NCBI GenBank assembly: GCA_004764695.1
Contig: SMSO01000025.1
Location: forward strand, 558,001 to 622,000
Length of the DNA: 64,000 nt
Origin: Schizochytrium sp. TIO01
Lineage: Eukaryota > Protista > Bigyra: Labyrinthulomycetes
Reading direction: 5' to 3'
Shown here: positions 41,644-53,412 of the stretch, piece after piece
How the letters are laid out: each line of letters starts with the position of its first letter
How positions within the stretch are numbered: position 1 is the first letter of the stretch
The notes under the pieces: generated by a model
Seen by the model: only the letters and a program-made list of their open reading frames with translations
The model's database searches: none
Told to the model about the DNA's origin: nothing
Program-made: the position numbers and the translations under genes

Positions 41644-44640
41644 CTAGCTATAATACACTTGGTTGTTTAGTTCGCGGAGCCTAGCAACAAGATCTTTCGC
41701 AAGAGACACATCTTCACAAATCGTGAAAAGCTGATCTGCATGATCCACAACCATTCGTTGCCAAAAATCTTCCTGTCCGGGAGAACATGAAAGTAGTTGA
41801 ATACATGTTTCAAAAGGCGCGTTATTAAGCTTCTGGCGAAACAAAGAGATGATCGCTACGGCAGCACGAATGCAAAATGCAGTTCCATCCCACAGAAAAC
41901 AATCAAACACGCGAGAAGCAAGATCTAAGGGCAAAACCTTACAAAACAGTGTCTGAAGCCAGTTGTACAAATACAAGTGAGGATGTGCTCCAATGCGAGA
42001 TAAGTGCTCTCCTAGCGTAGTAGTTTCGGGATAATCTGTCAAGGCGCGCTCAAAGATTTCATAATACTGGAAGATAAGAGTCTGGTCCAAACGGAAAAAT
42101 GCGAATAAGTGTTCCTTCATGAGTAAGTTCGCCAAAGTTTGAAAGGCCAGGTACTCACTTGCGGTGTTAAGGCAAATCACAGCAGCCAGGTATGACATAC
42201 CTTGAACGTAGCCCATGTCTGGCCGGTAATGTGCAAATGTTTTTAGGACATTTCGCAATCGCTTGCCTAGTGGGCCTGTTTGTGCAAACATCTTTAGCGA
42301 AGGGAATGTCCGGGGCAGGTCAGCATCAATAAGCTCGCATGTTGCGCGAGGTACATCCAGGCGTCTGGAGTAGTCTGCATCAGTATCTGTCTCTGCTGCC
42401 TCAGGGTGAAACGCATTCCCATAAACACTCATTGGGCTATCAGGTACGGCGTGAACTGCGGGCTGTTTAGCGCTAGCTTTAAAAGCGTAGTATAGCGGTT
42501 TGGTGATGTGAAGACCGTTTCCGAGAGCCAGAGGCCAGGCAATCGTTCTCAATGGCGCTGGAATACCTGCTTTCCACATGAGTTTCGTTCGTTTCTTCTC
42601 TCGCTGATGTGGCCAATTATTGAGAACCTTTTCATGCCAACGCTTGCGTCGAAGCGTCTCGGCGTTCTCTTGCTCGAGGATATGAGCCAATGCTTCAGGA
42701 AGGTGCTTGGGCTGTAATGAAGAAATAGCTTGTTCATCAAATGTAGCAACATCCGACCAGTCAACATCGTCATTAACATTTTCTACGTACACACAATATT
42801 TATCTCCACTGAAAACCATTCGGCGACCTTCCACACTTGAATCACGACGTACGGCTTCCTGCATTAAACTGCCATGCTCGTTAGCAGGTGTCTCAAGAAT
42901 TTCCCCGTCCATATACTGTCCCCAACACATGACGCCTCCATCTGCAAGTACTGCAGCGCCATGGTGCCCCCCGAGAGACACCCATGTAGCTCGCGCAGAT
43001 GTTTTACTTGAAGGATCAATCAGTTCGAGACGGCCTGGCAAATGATCACAAGGCTCAGTTGGAGTGTCGCGGCCCAAATCGCCTTCAGAATTATCACCCC
43101 ATGTGAAAATTATGCCCCTATCTGTACGGGCAGCTGTTGTGGTGTCACCGCACTCAACTTGAACGACACGACCATCCTCGTCATCGCTCGGCATACTAAT
43201 AAGTTGTGGTGCCCATACAAAGCTTTCTGGGGTAGCTTCTACACCACACTGCCCACGGGTTGAAGATCCAAAGCACATGACTGCACCATCATCATCAAGA
43301 ATTACAGAATGTTCCAAGCCCGCAGAGACATACACAATAATTCGATTTTTAAACGGCCCGCGTGTACTGTTTGGAGCAATCGGGCGCATAGGAATTGACT
43401 GTACTTTACAAGGTTCATATAGGCTTAGGCCTTCGTCAGCTGCCTTTATAGAGGCTCGGCGATGTCCAAGCTGTCCACTCCCACCGAAACCCCACGAGAA
43501 AACGGTGCCAATACGAGTACGAGCTAGTGCATGTCGTTCTCCGCAAGCCGTCTGACAAACAAATTCATGTAAGAGACCTGCAATGCGCCTCGGGTGCGGC
43601 TCTTCGCATCGATCTGGGCCATGCCCAAGCTCTCCATTAAGACCTTTCCCCCAGCTAAAGACATCCCCACTTGGGAATGATGTAACAGCCAACGAAAATG
43701 TAGGTCCACAACTCACTGATGCGATGCGAACGCCTCCTAAAGCACGCTCGCCAGCGAGCGCCTGCTGCAACTCAATGCCTTGTGGCCCGCTTTCGTAAAC
43801 ATCACCCTCATTTGAGACCACAAGTAGCCGGTTGCCAAAGCAACCAACTGCACGAATGCTTTGAGTATTTAGTGCAGAGGCTGGATCGAGAACATAAGTC
43901 ATTTCGTCCCAAGACGTAGTCGACATTGAGCGATCCTTTTCATAATCGCTTGGTCTGCTTACACTACTTGCGCAGGTCCGAAAAGGAACTTCACCCCAGC
44001 AGAGTAGATGGTTGAGTACGTTTGATCTTTTCGTAGCAAGATTTACAGGTTCAAAAGTACAGAATCGACCGCTTCGACGACACTGTGAGCCATCTTGGAT
44101 CTGAGAGCCAAAACTATCTTCATCAGTAGAACGAGTCTCTATCAATGGCTTTTTCGAAGAGCCTGCCGCATTGGAGGTTTCCTTGCCCAAATTTCCATGG
44201 CCCAACCAGTTTTCTATGTCTCGCTTGTTACCAGGATTAGATTTAGAACAGTTGATTTCATCACCACAATTCGCCTTTACGCTCTTTGGACGATTTTCTG
44301 AGTATATTCCCTTTTGGAGTTCGTTTTCGTATCGTTTCGCTTTGACTTCAGGTTTTAACTTTGCTAGGACACCATGAACTTGTGTTTCTTTGTTCTCAAG
44401 GTTCGCCGTATTACTCTGGTCAGCTAAGTTTGTCTTCCCGAAAACAACCTTTTTGGAGTCACTATTGCTGTCCATCTTATTGGCCAATCCCTGGCCCAGC
44501 AAGGGTAAAGAAAATAATTTCTGTTGCACCGTGCTGGGGAGACTCTTTGATCGTACGGCGAGAGAGACTACGATGCTCACGAGTATCGAGACTGTTGCCC
44601 AAGCACCCCAGCTCAGCGCCGTCTCCAAATCCGGAACCAT
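41644..44640 (-). CDS. RCC1-repeat plus TBC Rab-GAP protein (TBC1D12/14-like GAP domain) with N-terminal hydrophobic anchor
   Basis: RCC1 repeats (VFSWGKGLNGELGHG, ACGERHAL, VFSWGFGGSGQLGH); TBC motifs GIPAPLR, IDADLPRT (Arg finger), YVQGM (Gln finger). Confidence 0.92.
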   Translation of the reverse strand: MVPDLETALSWGAWATVSILVSIVVSLAVRSKSLPSTVQQKLFSLPLLGQGLANKMDSNSDSKKVVFGKTNLADQSNTANLENKETQVHGVLAKLKPEVKAKRYENELQKGIYSENRPKSVKANCGDEINCSKSNPGNKRDIENWLGHGNLGKETSNAAGSSKKPLIETRSTDEDSFGSQIQDGSQCRRSGRFCTFEPVNLATKRSNVLNHLLCWGEVPFRTCASSVSRPSDYEKDRSMSTTSWDEMTYVLDPASALNTQSIRAVGCFGNRLLVVSNEGDVYESGPQGIELQQALAGERALGGVRIASVSCGPTFSLAVTSFPSGDVFSWGKGLNGELGHGPDRCEEPHPRRIAGLLHEFVCQTACGERHALARTRIGTVFSWGFGGSGQLGHRRASIKAADEGLSLYEPCKVQSIPMRPIAPNSTRGPFKNRIIVYVSAGLEHSVILDDDGAVMCFGSSTRGQCGVEATPESFVWAPQLISMPSDDEDGRVVQVECGDTTTAARTDRGIIFTWGDNSEGDLGRDTPTEPCDHLPGRLELIDPSSKTSARATWVSLGGHHGAAVLADGGVMCWGQYMDGEILETPANEHGSLMQEAVRRDSSVEGRRMVFSGDKYCVYVENVNDDVDWSDVATFDEQAISSLQPKHLPEALAHILEQENAETLRRKRWHEKVLNNWPHQREKKRTKLMWKAGIPAPLRTIAWPLALGNGLHITKPLYYAFKASAKQPAVHAVPDSPMSVYGNAFHPEAAETDTDADYSRRLDVPRATCELIDADLPRTFPSLKMFAQTGPLGKRLRNVLKTFAHYRPDMGYVQGMSYLAAVICLNTASEYLAFQTLANLLMKEHLFAFFRLDQTLIFQYYEIFERALTDYPETTTLGEHLSRIGAHPHLYLYNWLQTLFCKVLPLDLASRVFDCFLWDGTAFCIRAAVAIISLFRQKLNNAPFETCIQLLSCSPGQEDFWQRMVVDHADQLFTICEDVSLAKDLVARLRELNNQVYYS

Positions 44641-45767
44641 GAGGTCCGGAGGGGAGATTGGCGTTATGGATTTACTAGTATGCCTACATTAATACCAGAA
44701 GTCTTTTGAGTGGGATAATAAAAGTCCTTGTATATAATCATATGAGAAAAAGATTCTTCTTTGTTTTCTTTTGTTTTCTTTCGAAGTGGATCATGCGAAA
44801 TAAGAAAAAATGGTAGGCAACAAGTAGTATGTCTATTGCGGTTCTTGATTATCCACCCAGGAATGCATTTCCCAATCAAATCAAAACCGTCGGAGCGCTT
44901 CGTGAGGCATATGGATGCTTGTCTTCTGAAAAAACGCTACGTGCACATGTGCAGCATTTGGGAGGCTATAAATCCTCATCGCTGAGTTTCGACTTGTTAG
45001 GAACGAAAAGAACAAATAAACATTTTTGTAGCGCTCAGCCTCGAAAACCGTCTTGTTGAATTGATTGAGAAAATATTGAGAAGATAGAGTGTGATGGGCA
45101 GCAATGAATAATCAGAAATCCACTTGCAAAGTCTTTATGATTATCTCACTGTACTGAGGATATGAAGGAGCTCTAGAGGAAATGAAGCGGGTACTAATAT
45201 TGCGACACTAAGGATGATTTATTAATTTACGAAAATCTGAAGTAGTCACAAATGAATGATTATTTTGGTTCGCTCGGAAGAGCCTTCAGTAGTAAAATTG
45301 ATCAAGCTTGTGAAGACCGTGAGCTTGATTCAAATACAGCAACAACCTGGCTCTTCGAACAATTACGATTTGAGACCCTCAAGTTTTAATTATATCGAGG
45401 TGGGTGCTTTGACAGGCAGGACCTTAGTATGGGTTCTTTTCCTAATCTCGATGAGTTGCAGATTTTGTTTTGGGCATTATTCGTTTATAGGAAGGCTTGC
45501 TAATGTCGCTGAATAAAAGGTCACAATCGAAGTCTTCAAAGTTGATCTTTTGAGTGAAAATATGGTAATTTAACCTCTTCTTGCAAATCTCTGAAAGCTT
45601 CTCTAGGTTAAAGTTCAACAAGTCTGATTGGATTTTGCTGGTGCCACGAAGTATTACCAAAATGCTGGGGAATTTGAGATAAGGAAGGCAAAATGAGGAG
45701 TCAGTTTTGTTGCTGCTACAGTACTTATCTTACTTAATATTGTCGTCCAAAAAACATAGCCTACAAA

Positions 45768-48700
45768 TCAATTTAAGAGATCAAGAAGTGAAGGCACTTC
45801 AAAGCGCTGTCCCTTTCGCAAAAGACTGGAGAAGGAACCATCATCTTTACATAAAAGCTCAACAATATCAAGCCAGTCTTGAAAAGGAATACTTGAGGAG
45901 GCGGCCAGAGAGGAGCTGTCCAAACCACAAGACTGGACATAGTAGATTCGCCAAAACCAGAGAAGGCGACGGAAGTTAACAAGAGCTGGAGAACCTTGAG
46001 CCGGAAATCCGACGCCATCTTCCACAGCCAGACTCTCCCTTGCCTCAGGATCAGGATGGCCACTGCGATCAGGCATTTCGCCCTTTTCTTCCCAAGCAGC
46101 AATAAGTTTTTCTCGATGAGAGGGTTCCAGTTCGTCAACAGCTTGCAAATAATGTGTGAGCTTGCCGCGCCGATGAGCAAACATCAAGATCAGTAGAGCT
46201 GTGTTTAAACAACACATATTTTCTTGAGAAGTAGTCTCAAGTGTAATTACTGTCATAAGACTTTGAAGAATCGTAATGCGGTGCTCGCGAAGGAATCGGC
46301 CCATTTGCAAGCGATCCTCGATGTCGGGGTGGGTTTTGCTAAGGTGGCTTAGAGAAAGCATGACAGTGCGGAGAAAGACATTTGAGTCAATCAAATGCGT
46401 AACAGCAAGTCTCATAAGAGACTGGACACGATCGGGACCAAGATAGGCCTCAACGAATTCAAATTGGGCGACATTAAACTTGAGCAATTCTCCCAAGAGG
46501 TCAAAATTGGTCTGCAGCATACCAGGGCCCTTGAAGCCACTGTCAAGCATTTGCTCCAAAATGTGTGTTGTGATTCCCCAGGCGGAAAAAAGAAGCTGTT
46601 CCTCGATGGTACCACTGCGCAGATAAGCCTCCACAGTAGATGCAATCCAGAATCGATGTTGTGAGTTCGGGTCTTCCAACATCATGACTTTAACAAGTTT
46701 ATACAGCAGGCCGACCTGCATAGGGTCTTCAGGATTGTAGCGTTGAGGGTCATTATTCAGTTCGGTGGCGAGTTGCACAGAGAGGGATCCTTCATGACGG
46801 AAGAGAAGCTGTGTCACACGGAGATCGTGCGAAGATAACAGAAGGCGTTTGTTTGTTCTCTCAGATCCTTCACGATCACAGAAATTATGAACCAAACGCA
46901 GGAACTGAATTTTAATAGTTGCTATAGGGTTGCACTGACAGTTAGCCCCGTGCAGGCGCTGGTGTGCAGACTCCTCGTCAGAAGCCTCCCATTGAAGCTT
47001 GTGAAAAAGTCTAGACAACATACCAATAATGTTAAATTTGGCAAGTTGCTGATTAACAACTGACTTGCGGCCGCTACCTGCAAGCATTGCAAGCATAAAA
47101 AGGACTTCTACCTGCTTGCTTACAAACTCGAGTCGCGCGCGCTCTGTAGCTGCGCGTTCCTCATCCTCATCACCTGGGACGTTTAAGGCTGCATTGAGAG
47201 CAGCAGCGGCGTTCATCATAGCAGTATCCTCGGGAAGAGCACCTTGACCATCATTATCAAACATGCCCATTCCCTCGTCTAAGTCGTTGCCTTCAACGCC
47301 AGCGCCTCCATGGTCGCCGTCAAAGATTGCGCTAATTGGCAATCTGCGCATGGAACGAATCAGGTGTTTGATTTCAGGGGAGATATTTGAAGTTCTAGTG
47401 CTGTTGGCAGCACCTTCTGCATCTTCCCCGCCACCAGTTTCTTCGCGAAGTGCTCCCTCACACTCCTGTGAACCTTTTAGAAGTTCCTCAAGACTAGCAA
47501 TACGTTGGTCTACGCTGGCAGCGTCATCTGCATTTGCATGGGCTTGTTCTCTATCTTGTGCACTCTCATTGCGTGGCCCTGATAGAGATGCTTCTACAAT
47601 AGCGGAGATTTTTTCCATGTCTAAGGGAGGAGGCATTTGCTTCCAATCGCCATCGCCGAGAATTTGGTTCATGTTGTAGCGATCGACCAGCACACGCGCC
47701 ATGTCGATCACATGGTGACCCATTTGCTGAGTCATGTAGCCTCGCATGGCCTGAAGAAACTCCATGGCCGGCATACCAGCATTGCGAAAAACCTGAAGCA
47801 GTTCCATGAAAACAGCGTGGCGTTGCAAGGCCTCGTTGATTTCTTGGTATGTCATGTACCTCTTCCCGTTTTCATCGACATCGTCGTTAGACTCTCCGGG
47901 AAACATGGGCGCTTGGAGGCGAAGAACATGTACGAGACGACGTAAGAGAATGGGTTTATCAGCGAGAAGCCTCTGATTCCTTTGCACAGTGGAATTCTTG
48001 TTCAATGCCTTGGCACGGGATCGCAATAAAGCCATCGCAACAGGGGGCTCGCCCATATTGCTCGGCGCTTCGGGTTCGTGCACAAGCAACACCAGCACCC
48101 TGCAAACCATGGTGAGCTCGTCTGAACTAAAGCCCTTGATAATCTCGTCAATATTTGAAAGCGTAGCCAGATCAAAAGGTTGTGGTGTCGGAGCACATAC
48201 AACCTCTTCGCAAAGGATCAAAGCCGCATCAAAGAGGCGGGAGACGCGCAACAAGTTGAAAATTAATACCACAAAGTCTTTGTTTAGGGCCAACTCCTTG
48301 CTAAACCCCTGGCTGCATAGGCTGACTTCGCGAAGAAGTTCAAGAGAATGATACCAAGTGTGCCAAATTGCAATCTCATCTGCATGAGAAGGTTCTTCGA
48401 CTTTATCGAGCCAGGCCCAGCGCTTGCCACGGCCTTGGTACTCTCTCGGGATAGTGCATAAGAGGAACTCTGCTAAGAGGGTACCACCTCCGCATGTTGT
48501 AAATTGACACGCTTGTTCAGGCTTAAGGATTTGTGGATCCAAGCTCTCAGCCTCCTCCAAGGGTGCACATACTACGCGAAGAGCTTCTCTTACCAAAGCG
48601 CTAGCTTCCTCAAGTAAGCGCGTAGTTTGTTGCCTCGATAGAGATGCATCTGCTGGATGACGCCCAACACATGTGCAACGATCTCCATTAGTGCAATAGG

Positions 48701-49340
48701 CCGCCATAATGCTACGAAATGTTTTCTCCATCCGCATAACCAAGGATGGGATACGTTGAAAGCGTGAGTCCACTGATTCTACCAACGGTTTGGGAACATG
48801 CTCCATTCGACGGAACCCGATTCCACCAGTGCGTTCACGATTCATGACAGTTTTCCATACAGACTCATTGTTGCCACGTGGGCGATCACCCAAGGGTCTC
48901 TGCGGGAACCTGATCATGCTGCGTTTTTTCAATCTGCGAGCTTCCTCGGCCTCGGCCTCGATCTCGCTGGGCGATTTTTCCCGGTTCGGGTCATTTTTGG
49001 GTAGAAGAAACCCGCGAAAGCTCATTCTAGTATGTACCCACAGTGCAGCTGTCGAGCAGAGAACCGCAATGAGAGCTAGATCGACAGCGTTGGGAGACTC
49101 CGTGATGGCAAGGCTGTGCTTAATCTCAACAGTAAGCCCTGATGAGGAGATAGCTTGTCTCAAAGCTGAATTTTGTTTTGCTGATGTGTCAGTTGATGTT
49201 TCGCTTTCGTCGCCAACAAAATCCGAAAGCGAGTCCCCTAGAAAATTAAAACCACGAATAAGAAAATACGCCACAATGTACACGGCGGTCCAAAGAGAGA
49301 ATTGAAGTGCAGACTCTTTGATTTGGTCACCAATTTCCAT
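45768..49340 (-). CDS. TRPC4AP: TRPC4AP/TRUSS-like protein
   Basis: EVLFML, HGANCQCNP, KIQFLRLVHNFCD, RFWIASTVEAYLR, FDLLGELLKFN, LIDSNVFLR, QENMCCLNT, NFRRLLWFW. Confidence 0.88.
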   Translation of the reverse strand: MEIGDQIKESALQFSLWTAVYIVAYFLIRGFNFLGDSLSDFVGDESETSTDTSAKQNSALRQAISSSGLTVEIKHSLAITESPNAVDLALIAVLCSTAALWVHTRMSFRGFLLPKNDPNREKSPSEIEAEAEEARRLKKRSMIRFPQRPLGDRPRGNNESVWKTVMNRERTGGIGFRRMEHVPKPLVESVDSRFQRIPSLVMRMEKTFRSIMAAYCTNGDRCTCVGRHPADASLSRQQTTRLLEEASALVREALRVVCAPLEEAESLDPQILKPEQACQFTTCGGGTLLAEFLLCTIPREYQGRGKRWAWLDKVEEPSHADEIAIWHTWYHSLELLREVSLCSQGFSKELALNKDFVVLIFNLLRVSRLFDAALILCEEVVCAPTPQPFDLATLSNIDEIIKGFSSDELTMVCRVLVLLVHEPEAPSNMGEPPVAMALLRSRAKALNKNSTVQRNQRLLADKPILLRRLVHVLRLQAPMFPGESNDDVDENGKRYMTYQEINEALQRHAVFMELLQVFRNAGMPAMEFLQAMRGYMTQQMGHHVIDMARVLVDRYNMNQILGDGDWKQMPPPLDMEKISAIVEASLSGPRNESAQDREQAHANADDAASVDQRIASLEELLKGSQECEGALREETGGGEDAEGAANSTRTSNISPEIKHLIRSMRRLPISAIFDGDHGGAGVEGNDLDEGMGMFDNDGQGALPEDTAMMNAAAALNAALNVPGDEDEERAATERARLEFVSKQVEVLFMLAMLAGSGRKSVVNQQLAKFNIIGMLSRLFHKLQWEASDEESAHQRLHGANCQCNPIATIKIQFLRLVHNFCDREGSERTNKRLLLSSHDLRVTQLLFRHEGSLSVQLATELNNDPQRYNPEDPMQVGLLYKLVKVMMLEDPNSQHRFWIASTVEAYLRSGTIEEQLLFSAWGITTHILEQMLDSGFKGPGMLQTNFDLLGELLKFNVAQFEFVEAYLGPDRVQSLMRLAVTHLIDSNVFLRTVMLSLSHLSKTHPDIEDRLQMGRFLREHRITILQSLMTVITLETTSQENMCCLNTALLILMFAHRRGKLTHYLQAVDELEPSHREKLIAAWEEKGEMPDRSGHPDPEARESLAVEDGVGFPAQGSPALVNFRRLLWFWRIYYVQSCGLDSSSLAASSSIPFQDWLDIVELLCKDDGSFSSLLRKGQRFEVPSLLDLLN

Positions 49341-51395
49341 GAGCAGTGGTCTGCACGGCGTTCCCTAGCTCTAGGAGGTCGTTGTGAAGAGAAATTGAGA
49401 AGTCTCCCCTGCAATTTGAAGCTGTACTTATCTCACGAAACCAGTCGATTTGACACAAGTTTTAATATAAGCTGTCGCTTTTTCGATTCCGAAGCCAGCT
49501 AGCTGTGGCCCTTCTTATTAATATGCCAAACTAATTTGTGTGATGCAAATAAAAATAAAAGAGAGGGAGCTTCGTTATCTGTAGAGCTTTTGCAAACGTG
49601 TCTCTGGTGGAACCTAAAGACTGTTATGCGGATCACCCTTCCCCCCCAAATGTATCCTTGTATCCGTATCCCCCCGCCCTTCACGCAGGAACCCGCGGCT
49701 TTTAGACCAAGATTACTTTGCCTGGCACTGTGTAAATACGAAGATAACCCCAGCGACCAGCTTCCCCTCAGCTAGGATACGTGCTTATGTTTCTTGTATG
49801 CCGCAGGCTCTAGTCTTGAAGACCACTTCGAGGGTGGGCCGCTGTGGAATGCACCGAGGTAGTATGTGTAAACAATAAGTTTCTGGATCCTGCGTGGCGT
49901 GCAAAAACGAGTTGCGCACGCCGGGTATCAGTTCAAGTGGGGCCAAAGAAGCCAACTAGCGTCACCGCAGGTCGTTTCTTAACCTTTTCCCCACGTGTAT
50001 AAGAGGACCTCGTCGCCGCCGTGCGAGTCGAGTCGGGTTGGGTCTGCGCAGAAAAGAAGAGCTATAATCCCCAAACTATCTAGTCGTATGACTACCCTAG
50101 CAAGCTGAGAAAAGGAGAGCAAATAGGAGGTGCTATGATTTAGGATAGGAGGCTTCTCCGCAAACTATGCACTACTGCTAACATGAAAAGAGGACCTGAA
50201 TAGTATGAAAAGATTGGGCAGCATCAAGAGCAAAAGTCAACGCCATCTGCGTATTTATCTTCACCCATCACAGCAGAAGAAGCATCGCCTCCACTTTCCT
50301 TCGCTGAAGGACTTCGCAGCAAATGTAAATAAACTAGCTCTCGACTGATGTTTTCCCAAACCTTGGGCGCTCTTGCATGTTATTACATGCATTCAAGAAA
50401 GAAATACTATGTAGATAGATACCTAGCGTAGAAAGCTATTACGGCGAAACATCATCATACACTTACTTTGTTGTACCTATAGATAAGCTATACCTAGCAT
50501 CTAAAATGAACCTATTCCGAAGCCCCATTCGGCACGATGATAAAAAATTGTAATGGCCAATGCAGATCATGATTTTCAATGCCCGGAACTGCCTGTCTCC
50601 CGGCCAAGGCAATTCTAAACAGCTGTGCTAATGATCCAAAAGAACTTAAGTAGTTCTTCTTATTCTTTCACTACGATCATAAACTCACTTGTATAATGGG
50701 CTGCAATTTGCTTTCTCCTGATTTACCTATTTTCTCTGCAATACCCAACATATTTATCTACATTTCTCCAAACCTAACCCAAACCTAACCCAATTATCAC
50801 ATCTACAATAGGGTTTTGGTTTTACGGCGCGAATGAGCGCCATACTTTGAGTTGCATCAGAGTTCTCTTCCATCAACCCCAGGGTCTATCAGCCTACGAA
50901 TGGCAGCGGGAAAAACTCTACAGTATGCAAAAATGCTTAGCCTATAGTGTGACATCTCCTTTTATAGTAGACTATCAGTTGCATAAGTGAGTTATCGGCA
51001 CTCTTGGCCCCATTTTGTGCGTCTATTATCAGAACCATTTCTTTCTTCATTACCTTCTATCCTAAACCCTTAACTAAGAATAGGTGCGTTCCCAGTGGAC
51101 CTGGAGACCTGCGTTGAGTGGCTGAGGAGGCTAGCTTAGAGGTGAATAGGGTTGGCAGTAGGAATTAACAAGACAAGTGAAGTATAGCTCTATTAAAAGT
51201 AGAGAATAGCACATAGCACAGTAGAATATAGAGGGGTTACAGTAGAGAAAAAGAAAGGAGGAAGTTTGGCGGATTAGTCAACCAGCCACAAAGGAAGAGA
51301 AAGAGATAGAGCATCCAAGGCGGTGGCAGTCAGAGATTGATAGTCGCGCGGTTGAGTTCCAGCAGCAGCTTTCGCTCTCTCCACCCTTAGGCACC

Positions 51396-52292
51396 ATGGC
51401 TTCCCTTACCGCCCGCGAGGAGGACATCCAGCGCATGCTCGCTGCCAAGGTCCACATCGGCACCACCAACAGCGACCACCAGATGGGCCCCTACATCTGG
51501 CGCCGCAACAGCGATGGTGTCCACATCCTCAACATCGGCAAGACCATCGAGAAGATCCAGCTTGCTGCTCGCATCATTGTGACCATTGAGAACCCCTCCG
51601 ACGTTGTCGCCGTCACTGCCCGCCCCTACGGCCAGCGCGCTGTCCTCAAGTTCGCCCACTACACCGGCTGCGAGTCCCTCTCTTCCCGTTTCACCCCGGG
51701 TACCTTCACCAACCAGATCACCAAGAACTTCAAGGAGCCCCGTCTTCTCGTTGTCACTGACCCCCGCCTTGACCAGCAGGCCGTCAACGAGGCCCGCTAC
51801 GTCGGTATCCCCGTCATCGCCTTTTGCAACTCCGACTCTCCCCTCCGCTTCGTCGATGTTGCCATTCCCTGCAACAACCGTGGCAAGCACTCCATCGGTC
51901 TCATGTACTGGATGCTCGCCCGCGAGGTTCTCCGTCTCCGTGGCGCGATCTCCATGACCGAGCCCTGGTCCGTCTCCGTCGACCTCTTCTTCTACCGCGA
52001 TGCTGAGGAGCTCGAGAAGCAGGCTGAGGAGCAGGCCGCTGCCGCCGCCGCCGCCCAGGCTGCCGCCGCTGCCCCTGCCCAGCCCGCCATGGAGTACGAC
52101 GCCACCGCCGATATGGGTGTTGACGCCGGCTTCTCTGGCCTCCAGCAGCAGTTCGAGGGCCAGGTCCTCCCCCCCCAGGCTGGCTTCGAGCAGCAGGGCT
52201 TCGAGGGCATCCAGGCCCAGGCCCCCGTCGCCCCTGCCCAGCAGCAGTGGGACCCCGCTCAGCAGCAGGCCTACACCGGATTCCAGCAGTAA
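51396..52292 (+). CDS. RPSA: 40S ribosomal protein SA (uS2)
   Basis: [47 protein letters not shown]; extreme C-ending codon bias of a highly expressed gene. Confidence 0.99.
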   Translation: MASLTAREEDIQRMLAAKVHIGTTNSDHQMGPYIWRRNSDGVHILNIGKTIEKIQLAARIIVTIENPSDVVAVTARPYGQRAVLKFAHYTGCESLSSRFTPGTFTNQITKNFKEPRLLVVTDPRLDQQAVNEARYVGIPVIAFCNSDSPLRFVDVAIPCNNRGKHSIGLMYWMLAREVLRLRGAISMTEPWSVSVDLFFYRDAEELEKQAEEQAAAAAAAQAAAAAPAQPAMEYDATADMGVDAGFSGLQQQFEGQVLPPQAGFEQQGFEGIQAQAPVAPAQQQWDPAQQQAYTGFQQ

Positions 52293-53412
52293 AAGGCTTG
52301 AATCCAACTTCCTAATAGGCTCAAGAAGGTATGGCCATGAAAGGCCTGCTTGAGGGGGTCTACGTGGAAGCGGAGGAAGAGCGTCGCGTTGAGAGGGAGA
52401 GACGCAGAGAAATTTTCTTAAGGGTCTCGCTATCTTTCTCTTTCTTTGTGTTTGTTTGGGCTGCTGGCTGGCTGAATGGCTAGCGTGGTAGGTAACCGGT
52501 CACGCTACGGGCATCTATGCACGTACACATGCCCAGTTGTCTGCCAACATGCCTGTCAATCTACTTTGCTTGCTTGCAGCTCGGCTTCAATCGATATTCT
52601 TCTCTTATTACATGTTTTTGTCTTCTACTTCAATACGGCAAGCCTGCGTTTGACTACCCTTTTGCCTCCCCAAAGTTGTTCTTTCCTCGGTTTCGTCCTC
52701 CTTCTAATTGCTGGTGTCTTATTCTAGTGAGCAAATGAATTCTTGTCCCAGATCTTGTTTATCCACTTGCGCATCCTGTTTGGGGCTTGGTGTCATCTCT
52801 AAACACTGTGAGTTAGGAGTGTTCAGGCCTAGTTTCATTCTCTCTTTTGTACAAATGTACCGCTCGTATTTTAAGGTATCAGTTGTTAGTCAATGGAAAG
52901 GTTTCTTGTTCATGATTTTTTAATCTGTGGTAACGTGCGTGTCTAGCGAGGTAGGCAGCATCTTCGTTATATTGTGTTGTCTTGGATGAAGTCTAATATT
53001 TTAAAACTAATCAACACACTACTTGACGTTGTCAGTATACCGAATCTGTTTAACAAGGATTGATCAATAAACGATAATAAATATATGCAACCCCCAAAGA
53101 ATCAAAATGCAGTCTCACCCTTGCATAAGCAATATTTTTTCTTGCAATCAGACCTATTTTGCTATTTTGAAAGGTTGGCCTACGTCATTTGCTACTTTTC
53201 ACTAACACCACGGTAAAATGACTCGTAGTAAACCTAGGTATCTACCTCCTAATTAATTTTTCCTTTTATTGACAAGTGATCATCAGTTGCCAGAGAGACA
53301 AAGACTTAGCCTTTGAAGCAATTCTTCTTCTCTCGCCTTCTCAAGCCTGATCAGTCTGTCTCAGAGAGCGACCTGAGCTCGTGCTACGAGCTACAAAGAG
53401 GGTCTTTGTTCC

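Noticed and set aside
44829-45516. Short + strand ORFs between the TBC and TRPC4AP genes
   Set aside because: No recognisable motifs or continuity; not distinguishable from chance.
50769-50817. Telomere
   Set aside because: Only two or three imperfect units, internal to a gene-rich region.
51387-52307. 306-aa antisense ORF over RPSA
   Set aside because: Mirror of RPSA's strong codon bias, which removes antisense stops; no recognisable protein.
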